From the IMG/VR virus record IMGVR_UViG_3300017752_000078: a stretch of DNA of 32,183 bases. One strand, given 5' to 3'. Made by a program: the position numbers and the translations under genes. Source of the stretch: a virus. Each line of letters starts with the position of its first letter. Position 1 is the first letter of the stretch. The notes beneath the pieces are model-generated. The model saw only the letters and a program-made list of their open reading frames with translations. It was not told where the DNA came from and did not search any database. Shown here one piece after another: positions 1-5,597 of this stretch.

Positions 1-123
1 AAACGTTTGGTAATTCAGGGGACGCCATCGTGGTTGTTATGGACATCAGCGAACGGTGCCCCCTGTACTCTTTAATAGGCCAGTGTGTTGGGGTTCTCCC
101 TCACCTGACTGTGTATATTATAC
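1..123. repeat. Direct terminal repeat, left copy, identical to 32061..32183
   Basis: Comparing the two window ends base by base shows the first 123 nt (aaacgtttgg...gtgtatattatac) repeated exactly at the end. This indicates either a true DTR or the overlap of a circular assembly. Confidence 0.95.
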
Positions 124-145
124 AGCCGTACAGCCACCTTGTCAA
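117..145 (-). promoter_or_regulatory. sigma70-type promoter P1 (TTGACA-17-TATAAT, TGn extended -10)
   Basis: The minus strand reads GGTTGACAAGGTGGCTGTACGGCTGTATAATATAC. The -35 is at 145..140 and the -10 at 122..117. The -10 lies inside the terminal repeat and the -35 outside it. The promoter fires toward position 1. Confidence 0.6.
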
Positions 146-153
146 CCGTTAGG

Positions 154-342
154 CTATCCTTCCTTGTGCCACTCCTGATGGTAGGGTGAGTCCCTCATCG
201 CACCCAGCACCGCGGCGATCTGATCCCAACTGAACTCCTGGTCCCGTAAGTCTTTTATCAGCCTCTGAAACTTGTTGCATTGATCTGGCTGTAAGTCAAA
301 ACTCACACTGGAATAAAATTGTTCTTGTGTCATCCTTTTCAT
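154..342 (-). CDS. Small early protein with a probable helix-turn-helix (EFSWDQIAAVLG)
   Basis: 62-aa ORF located 5 nt downstream of the -10 of P2. There is no usable SD, so the transcript may be leaderless. The HTH-like segment is my reading only. Confidence 0.55.
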   Translation of the reverse strand: MKRMTQEQFYSSVSFDLQPDQCNKFQRLIKDLRDQEFSWDQIAAVLGAMRDSPYHQEWHKEG

Positions 343-347
343 ACTAC

Positions 348-375
348 ATTATAGCACATTTGGTAAAGGTGTCAA
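348..375 (-). promoter_or_regulatory. sigma70-type promoter P2 (TTGACA-16-TATAAT, TGC extended -10)
   Basis: The minus strand reads CAGTTGACACCTTTACCAAATGTGCTATAATGTAGTATG. The ATG of ORF 154..342 starts 6 nt after the -10. Confidence 0.65.
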
Positions 376-414
376 CTGGTGATAAAAAGGTCAGAGCGGT
401 AGGAATATATTAAA

Positions 415-442
415 ATTATAGCAGGATATCCGCCTTTGTCAA
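415..442 (-). promoter_or_regulatory. sigma70-type promoter P3, in tandem with P2
   Basis: The minus strand reads ACGGTTGACAAAGGCGGATATCCTGCTATAATTTTA (TTGACA-16-TATAAT, TGC extended -10). It lies 67 bp upstream of P2. Confidence 0.6.
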
Positions 443-654
443 CCGTAATAGAACCGCGAAAGAACGGCGGAAACGGTGTTCTATGGTGGTGTAGACCCTG
501 ATCAGGCTTGGTAAATGGTTTTCTACAGGATGATTACCAGAGGCGGCCTTCACCGTGTCGTACGGTGCCTAAACCGTGTGTCATATGGTGTCGCTAAACA
601 CTTCTTGCCCTTATCTTACCTTACGCAAATGCTCCAGCACACAGGGCCAAACCA

Positions 655-1236
655 TTAAAGATCTATGCCCATTTCCACACGCATACCTGCCTTGTGATTA
701 CCTAATGGCTTCATCCGTTTGAGATGATAATCTCTGAACAATGTGAATGTTTTCTGTGCATACATCCTACCGTTGGTAAATGTTCTTGCTGGTTCATAGG
801 TCACAAAACCCATCGCAATAAACTTGTCGCGGTTGGTGTCAAGGCTATCCTGTTCTATGTGTATGTTGAACCAACAATCCATTTCCTTGGCCACTCGTTC
901 TATTTCATCATACAATGCCCGTGCCAGACCTTGTGCTCTGTGTTGTGGCTTCACATAGATGGTTGCCACTCCCATTGTTCTGTGTGTTGCGAACGAACCC
1001 AACGCCGTTTCCGCGATTGCCACGCATTCATCCCCTTTATAAACCAACCAACTGGCCAGGCCCTTCTCGTGCTCCAATACTGAATTGAGCATATCCATTG
1101 TGAGCGAGTTCCAACCTGGCCTGTGTTTGAAGTAGTCCCGTTTGAATTTGTTGATCATCCTGATCCAGTCTCGCTTGTAATGGCGTTTGGGATCCTGTTG
1201 CAGGATCACGATCTCCAGATTTTGTTGTTTGTTCAT
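655..1236 (-). CDS. GNAT-family N-acetyltransferase (early region)
   Basis: Contains the classic GNAT motif A, IYVKPQHRAQGLARALYDEIERVAKEM (Q/R-x-x-G-x-A). I prefer the ATG at 1236 (MNKQQNLEIV...); the ORF-track start at 1251 is a GTG. The stop of the upstream gene lies 1 nt from this ATG (TAGTATG). Confidence 0.8.
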   Translation of the reverse strand: MNKQQNLEIVILQQDPKRHYKRDWIRMINKFKRDYFKHRPGWNSLTMDMLNSVLEHEKGLASWLVYKGDECVAIAETALGSFATHRTMGVATIYVKPQHRAQGLARALYDEIERVAKEMDCWFNIHIEQDSLDTNRDKFIAMGFVTYEPARTFTNGRMYAQKTFTLFRDYHLKRMKPLGNHKAGMRVEMGIDL

Positions 1237-1237
1237 A

Positions 1238-1621
1238 CTATGCTGGCTCACGCATCTGTTGATAGGCCGTCAATTGTGTAAGTTCCTGTTGGGTCATCTT
1301 CTGTAGATCTGCCTCCACAAAGGTGTCAGGCTCATACCACGCCATCAGACTGGATATGATATCCTGCTTTGATTCCTTGTCCCATAGTCTTCTGAAGTCT
1401 ATGTATTCCTTGGCATCACTTGGTCCCATCCGTTGTAAGATCCTACAGATGCTTTGGATCGCTTCTTCTTCTGATCCTTGTAGTTGCCACTCATATGGTT
1501 TGTTCATAAACTCTGGATCTGAATCTGCGATGGCTTCTTGTATGCCCATCGCGACCCTGATCATATCTCTGTTATAACCATATCTCTTGTGCCAGTATTC
1601 AACTATGTCTGATCTTTTCAT
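1238..1621 (-). CDS. Hypothetical early protein
   Basis: I prefer the ATG at 1621 because of the SD AAAGGGAGAACACAAATG. An in-frame ATG at 1651 sits at the predicted TSS of P4. The protein ends in ...REPA. Confidence 0.7.
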   Translation of the reverse strand: MKRSDIVEYWHKRYGYNRDMIRVAMGIQEAIADSDPEFMNKPYEWQLQGSEEEAIQSICRILQRMGPSDAKEYIDFRRLWDKESKQDIISSLMAWYEPDTFVEADLQKMTQQELTQLTAYQQMREPA

Positions 1622-1656
1622 TTGTGTTCTCCCTTTTGTTGTTTTACTCATACTTC

Positions 1657-1684
1657 ATTATAACACATCTTGGTAATGCGTCAA
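1657..1684 (-). promoter_or_regulatory. sigma70-type promoter P4 (TTGACG-16-TATAAT, TGT extended -10)
   Basis: The minus strand reads AAGGTTGACGCATTACCAAGATGTGTTATAATGAAGTATG. A GTGTTG/CAACAC stem-loop precedes it at about 1688..1707. Confidence 0.65.
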
Positions 1685-1722
1685 CCTTGCCAGGTGTTGT
1701 AAAAATGCAACACTTTCTGGCA

Positions 1723-2001
1723 TTATGCTGGCTCCTTCTTCAGGCCATAACGATATGTTTCGTCGTCAAACCAATGTTCTAATTTGAGGCTATCTAATAG
1801 TTCAAATCGTTCTGCTTTGTTTAAACGGTTCCAAAACTCTACGAACTGCCAACACCAATTATTATTGTTAAAGGGCCTACAATATTGATTGACCCGCTTT
1901 ACACAACGATCTTTTGATTCATACAAATGGATAGTGTTGTTCCACAACCCTAATTCAACGATCACACGATGTAATTCATTGGCATAATCTTCATATGTCA
2001 T
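1723..2001 (-). CDS. Hypothetical early protein (Trp/Asn-rich)
   Basis: 92-aa ORF. Its start overlaps the upstream stop (TAATG), preceded by the SD AAGGAG. It ends in ...KEPA. Confidence 0.65.
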   Translation of the reverse strand: MTYEDYANELHRVIVELGLWNNTIHLYESKDRCVKRVNQYCRPFNNNNWCWQFVEFWNRLNKAERFELLDSLKLEHWFDDETYRYGLKKEPA

Positions 2002-2162
2002 TATGCTGGCTCCTTCTGTTCATATCCTGCTTGTTGATTTTCAAAACCATATTCTGTATCGCAATCAGCACAATAGTATTCCCAATATTGGCCTCTTACA
2101 CCACTCTTGTATTGGGTCGTAGCAGGATTGTTCATACAGATATCACATTCTTGATCTGTCAT
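2001..2162 (-). CDS. Small zinc-ribbon-like protein (CDIC...CADC)
   Basis: I prefer the ATG at 2162 because of the SD AAAGGGAGAAAAAAGATG. An in-frame ATG at 2192 sits at the predicted TSS of P5. There are two CxxC pairs. It ends in ...KEPA. Confidence 0.65.
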   Translation of the reverse strand: MTDQECDICMNNPATTQYKSGVRGQYWEYYCADCDTEYGFENQQAGYEQKEPA

Positions 2163-2198
2163 CTTTTTTCTCCCTTTTTGTTGTTTGTTCATATTATC

Positions 2199-2226
2199 AG
2201 TATAGCATATATGGTAAATGCGTCAA
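2199..2226 (-). promoter_or_regulatory. sigma70-type promoter P5 (TTGACG-16-TATACT, TGC extended -10)
   Basis: The minus strand reads CTGGTTGACGCATTTACCATATATGCTATACTGATAATATG. Its spacer is paralogous to those of P2 and P4 (TTACCA core). Confidence 0.6.
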
Positions 2227-2253
2227 CCAGGCAAAAAGTCGCATAAAATGGGC

Positions 2254-2280
2254 AAAAAAAAGCCCCCAATCAAGGGGGCT
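2254..2280 (-). terminator. Rho-independent terminator
   Basis: The minus strand reads AGCCCCC-TTGATT-GGGGGCT followed by T8. Confidence 0.85.
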
Positions 2281-2353
2281 TATAGAAAGTAAGAAAGAAT
2301 AAAAAAAGTTATTCTTTCTACAAGATCAAAGCGGATTAGCACTCCCTTGTATT
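2254..2353 (-). ncRNA. Candidate small RNA of about 100 nt, running from promoter P6 to the terminator
   Basis: No ORF with a usable start. Three predicted hairpins: TACAAG/CTTGTA; the 11-bp AGAAAGAATAA/TTATTCTTTCT (2292..2319); and the terminator hairpin. A pyrimidine-rich single-stranded stretch (UACUUUCUAUA) lies between the last two. Confidence 0.45.
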
Positions 2354-2359
2354 ACTTTA

Positions 2360-2387
2360 ATAATAACACAGAAATAGGATGCGTCAA
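2360..2387 (-). promoter_or_regulatory. sigma70-type promoter P6 (TTGACG-16-TATTAT, TGT extended -10)
   Basis: The minus strand reads CAGTTGACGCATCCTATTTCTGTGTTATTATTAAAG. Confidence 0.55.
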
Positions 2388-2458
2388 CTGGCGAATGAGC
2401 CGCATAAGTTGGGGGTTTTTGGTGGTACCGTACAACCTGTGAGTGAGATCTACTTGGG

Positions 2459-2516
2459 AAAAAGGGGCGGACTTCATAGGATATATGGCATATACAGACT
2501 AAACAGTGCCGCCCCA
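2459..2516 (-). terminator. Candidate terminator: long hairpin plus T5
   Basis: The minus strand reads GGGGCGG(c)ACT ... AGTCCGCCCC followed by TTTTTCCC. The 7-10 bp GC stem encloses an inner TATAT-GCC-ATATA hairpin. Confidence 0.4.
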
Positions 2517-2935
2517 AGGGGTGTCTAAAATGTCATTTTAGAACTGCGTCCAGGTGACTTATAAGTCAAACATTCTGCAAGGAGTGTAAAGACAACACCC
2601 TGACGCAGTCGTATTTATGAGTGGTGATCTGTGACGGGTTTCAAAGGCGGCCACGCCACCTGAAGATTCGCCGTGCTCATCTTCATTTTTTTCTTTGTGG
2701 GAAGACTCTATGTAGATAGGAAGATCAGAGTCCACCTGTTTCCAGGTGGTGACACTATGTGAGTTAGGTTAGTCGTCATCCAGATGTTTCCTTGTGCGGG
2801 TGGCATTGATCCTTGCCGTACATCATCGTTTTGTTTAAACCTGGCTGGTGGTCAGTCCAAGTCCCGCTCTGCCATAATGAATTGTGCCTGTTGACTGTCG
2901 CGTTCTTGCTGGTGAGTGCTCCGCGTTGTGGTGTC

Positions 2936-2958
2936 TGTGTTTGCCTGTGTTTGCCTGT
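2936..2958. repeat. Tandem 10-bp repeat (tgtgtttgcc, 2.3 copies)
   Basis: Read directly as ctgtgtttgcctgtgtttgcctgt. On the minus strand this is ACAGGCAAAC ACAGGCAAAC ACAG, at the predicted 5' end of the P9 transcript. Confidence 0.8.
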
Positions 2959-2964
2959 ATCACA

Positions 2965-2994
2965 AGTATATATCCTAAACACCTGAAATGTCAA
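2965..2994 (-). promoter_or_regulatory. sigma70-type promoter P9 (TTGACA-16-TATATA or TTGACA-18-TATACT)
   Basis: The minus strand reads CCATTGACATTTCAGGTGTTTAGGATATATACTTGTG. Confidence 0.5.
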
Positions 2995-3052
2995 TGGTTA
3001 TTGGTTTGGTTGGTAGGGTTTGGTCTCTGCTTTGGTCTTCAAAGCACCAAAA

Positions 3053-3247
3053 TCACCAAAACCACCTTACCAGTTTTTTGGATTCCAATTTATGACTTTT
3101 GACACGACGACTGATGTGATAAGAGAAGACGCAGTAGTGCCAAGGATCACCAGGACATTTCACACTGCCTTTGCCTGAACCGTTCTTGGTGTCACAACGC
3201 CAGTGGCCAAGTTGGCGTACGATCTCAAGGAACCTGTCCTGTCTCAT
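3053..3247 (-). CDS. Small Cys/His/Trp-rich protein, hypothetical
   Basis: 64-aa ORF. Its ATG overlaps the stop of the J-like gene (TAATG coupling). It contains HWRC...KCPGDPWHYC. Confidence 0.45.
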   Translation of the reverse strand: MRQDRFLEIVRQLGHWRCDTKNGSGKGSVKCPGDPWHYCVFSYHISRRVKSHKLESKKLVRWFW

Positions 3248-5118
3248 TATGAGGCTATGGTGTGTCCAGTCACTGCCACGAAGTTGGATCGCCTGTCCAG
3301 TTCGTTCCTGGCCGCCACCCTCACGTCGTAGTTGCTACCTGTCAGGACCCCCTGTATGAAGAACTCCGTGTCGTTGGTGATGCCCGCCGTGGTGAATGTT
3401 GAATCTGAACTCAGTTTGAATTGCACGATGTATTCAGTGGTGAAAGGATCAGTGGACGCCGTCCAACTGGCCTTCAATCTAACGATGGTGCTGTTTGATG
3501 ACAGATATCCGCCTGTGTTGACATTTAGATTCTGTGCTGAACCTGACGCCAAGGCGAGACCACTGGGTGCCGCCACCGTGAATGGGTCAGGTAGGCTGGT
3601 TGTTGGTCTGGTGTAGTTGGTGCCTGAACCGTCTATGGCGTATGCACCTGACTGGTGCTCCAGTGCTGTTATCTCTATGTTGCCTGCGGTGTTGAGACGC
3701 ATATCCATTATCCTGAATACAGCGTCAAGGCTGAGGTTTGAATTCTGTACCCTTATCAGGTCGCCAACCGCGGTGTTTGACGTGGCCAGGTTTGTGGCGA
3801 AACTGACCAATTTCTCTGAACGTGATCTCCTCACGAAGACCCTGGCGTACTGCTCAGCGATCCGCCTGTCAGCGATGGTTGGCAGTGTGATCCGCTTCTC
3901 CAATCTTATGCTGTTGTCCTGTGACAGGAATGTGTTGTCGTCACTGCTACCTATGTCAGGGAAGGCCACCTCGTTGGGTTCGTAGTTGGCCGTGTTGTCT
4001 ATGTAGGTGACCACACACCTGTTGCATTTGTGTTGTTTTGATTCTCCCTCTATCTGCATACCGCCAATGATGTGATCATTGGTCACCGTGAAAACTGTGG
4101 TTGGTGATGCTGGCGTGGCAGTTATGTCCGTGTCGTCTCCCCCATTCTCAACCTTGAGGAAATACTTGCCCTGCTGGTATGGCATTATGCCCCTGAAACC
4201 TGCCAGGATGATCTTGCAGTTGCTCATCAGGTTGTTGGCTGTGTCTATGACCGCATCACAGGTGAATGCCCTGGATGTGTCTGCGTTGCTATAGGTGACC
4301 ATCGTGAAACATTGGTCAGCCGCTGATTTGAAACTGGTCCAGTCAAAAACATCGTTTTCAAGTCCCTTGCCGTACCTGTCATTCCGTAGGTAGTCCACCA
4401 ACACGTTCACAGGATTCTGTGAATATGCCCGTGTGTCTGATGCGTAGGCCGTGTTGTATGATGCAGGGTTTATGCCCGTGACATCTAAAATCTTCTTGCC
4501 CTGTATCTGGATCCTGATCTGCGGAACGCCACCTGAGTAGGGATTGTTGTCCGCGTCTTCCTGTGTCTCAATCTTCTTCCATTCAAATCTCAATGCGATG
4601 TAGCACAGTCCCCTTAATCTGTGATTAGAAGTCCAGTTGGGTGCTTCCTGTAATAATGTTGAGACAGTCTGGTCGTCCCTGCCATCAAAGAACTGTGCCT
4701 TCAATCTGTCCTTGTACCTGCCTGATCCCACTGTGGCCTGTACACCGTGTGCGTATGAACTCAATGTGATCTCGTTGTTGTCTATGAATAATTTTGTCAT
4801 CGCGTTGCACTGACCTTCACTCAACACCATCGCCACATATAGATATTGATTGGTGGTGCCGTTGGTGGATGTGAATACTCTTGTGCCGCCAACCTGTCTC
4901 TCGCCGTACACCACTGGTATCTCCTTGACCGCACCTTCTTGGTTGAGCAGTACACCCTGTATGGCCTGTGTCTGATCCTGTCCTATGTCGTAGTCTGGTA
5001 CATCTGTGCTGGCACCAAAAGGTGATGTCACTGCTGAAACCACACCGCTGATGACCTTGCCAACTCCCTTGACCACGCCCTTGACCGCCTTGGTGATTGA
5101 TCTTACTACTCCGCCCAT
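3247..5118 (-). CDS. Lambda gpJ / GTA g15-like tail-tip (host-specificity) protein with a C-terminal fibronectin-III-like domain
   Basis: Its motifs parallel lambda J: NPVNVLVDYLRNDRYGKGL (lambda has ...LTHPRYGMGKRL) and FTCDAVIDTANNLMSNCKIILAGFRG (lambda has ITCNAYLTTQRKAWDVLSDFCSAM). The C-terminus is FN3-like (EYIVQF...YDVRVAARN). I prefer the ATG at 5118 (MGGVVRSITK...), which overlaps the stop of the upstream gene by 13 nt. Confidence 0.9.
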   Translation of the reverse strand: MGGVVRSITKAVKGVVKGVGKVISGVVSAVTSPFGASTDVPDYDIGQDQTQAIQGVLLNQEGAVKEIPVVYGERQVGGTRVFTSTNGTTNQYLYVAMVLSEGQCNAMTKLFIDNNEITLSSYAHGVQATVGSGRYKDRLKAQFFDGRDDQTVSTLLQEAPNWTSNHRLRGLCYIALRFEWKKIETQEDADNNPYSGGVPQIRIQIQGKKILDVTGINPASYNTAYASDTRAYSQNPVNVLVDYLRNDRYGKGLENDVFDWTSFKSAADQCFTMVTYSNADTSRAFTCDAVIDTANNLMSNCKIILAGFRGIMPYQQGKYFLKVENGGDDTDITATPASPTTVFTVTNDHIIGGMQIEGESKQHKCNRCVVTYIDNTANYEPNEVAFPDIGSSDDNTFLSQDNSIRLEKRITLPTIADRRIAEQYARVFVRRSRSEKLVSFATNLATSNTAVGDLIRVQNSNLSLDAVFRIMDMRLNTAGNIEITALEHQSGAYAIDGSGTNYTRPTTSLPDPFTVAAPSGLALASGSAQNLNVNTGGYLSSNSTIVRLKASWTASTDPFTTEYIVQFKLSSDSTFTTAGITNDTEFFIQGVLTGSNYDVRVAARNELDRRSNFVAVTGHTIAS

Positions 5119-5597
5119 AGCCAATGTCCTTTCGTGTGTTGTCGTGTAATTCTCTTGATCTTGTGTTTTGTTGATCGTGCCCAGTATATTGGTCTGTTGG
5201 CACCCATCATCCTGACACTGTGATTCTTCAACCATTTCATAACATAGAACGCATCACGTGATGCCACGAAATCAATGTAGCACAGGTTGAATCCTGTGAT
5301 CCAATCCAATGTGTGTATCTTGCCTGTGGTGGTGAATTTGTGTAGCACCTGGTTGCTCATAAATGCCCAATTGGCGAAACCCCATATCTCACCATTTGTT
5401 TGGAAAACTTTGTATTGGTTATTCTTGATTGAAGGATGGATGTGTTGCCATAGGTCCACATAGGTCAAATGGTTATAACGATCAAACTTCAAATAGAAGT
5501 CAATCACATCATTCGTGATGCTTTTGATGGTGTTTGCTCCAACACAGACGCCTGTATATGCGTCAGGAATCTGTTTTGGGTATCTTTGCCTATCCAT
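5106..5597 (-). CDS. RTX-toxin-activating lysine-acyltransferase (HlyC/RtxC/ApxC, TAAT family)-like protein
   Basis: Pattern match to HlyC as I recall it. HPSIKNNQYKVFQTNGEIWGFANWAFMS compares with LPAIQANQYVLLTRDDYPVAYCSWANLS, and LDWITGFNLCYIDFVA with EDWTSGDRKWFIDWIAPFG. Candidate catalytic His (RYNHLTY) and Asp (YIDF) are 66 residues apart, against 70 in HlyC. The ATG at 5597 has the SD GGGAGA and overlaps the upstream stop. Confidence 0.7.
   Translation of the reverse strand: MDRQRYPKQIPDAYTGVCVGANTIKSITNDVIDFYLKFDRYNHLTYVDLWQHIHPSIKNNQYKVFQTNGEIWGFANWAFMSNQVLHKFTTTGKIHTLDWITGFNLCYIDFVASRDAFYVMKWLKNHSVRMMGANRPIYWARSTKHKIKRITRQHTKGHWLWAE

Larger units (their letters stand above)
2459..2960 (-). 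ncRNA. Candidate non-coding transcription unit of about 0.5 kb (P9 to the candidate terminator)
   Basis: No SD-led ORF is present; the 72-aa ORF 2776..2994 starts at a TTG that is itself the -35 hexamer. The region holds many stem-loops, including CCACCTG-TTTC-CAGGTGG (2732..2749), the GACTTATAAGTC palindrome, TCTAAAAT-gtc-ATTTTAGA and CTGCGTC/GACGCAG. Confidence 0.35.

Noticed and set aside
2326-2517. Minus-strand 63-aa ORF, and the 72-aa ORF at 2776..2994
   Set aside because: The first runs straight through promoter P6 and the candidate terminator hairpin. The second starts at a TTG that is part of the P9 -35 hexamer. Neither has an SD, and both have odd His/Gln/Thr/Cys-rich compositions. 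I treated the region as non-coding.
2400-3050. tRNA, ribozyme or riboswitch in the non-coding region
   Set aside because: I saw no GTTCRANYC T-loop or cloverleaf-compatible arms on either strand, and no hammerhead CUGANGA...GAAA core. Without a covariance-model search I cannot exclude other RNA families, so I report only generic candidate ncRNAs.
2884-3102. Plus-strand 72-aa ORF with two hydrophobic segments that looks holin-like
   Set aside because: It has a GTG start without an SD and would be the only plus-strand gene. The T/G-rich plus strand automatically encodes F/L/V/C/W-rich peptides. It overlaps promoter P9 and the inverted repeat. This is not convincing evidence for a holin.
4817-5203. 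Same-strand alternative-frame ORFs nested in larger genes (4817..5203, 6814..7044, 7293..7490, 14037..14243, 14636..14818, 18005..18220, 19072..19341, 19476..19658, 21704..21964, 23164..23346, 24259..24495, 26455..26664, 26920..27123, 31558..31857)
   Set aside because: They are embedded out of frame in genes with clear homology or context. Their compositions are Arg/His/Gln/Trp-rich, typical of off-frame translation, and they have no ribosome-binding sites.
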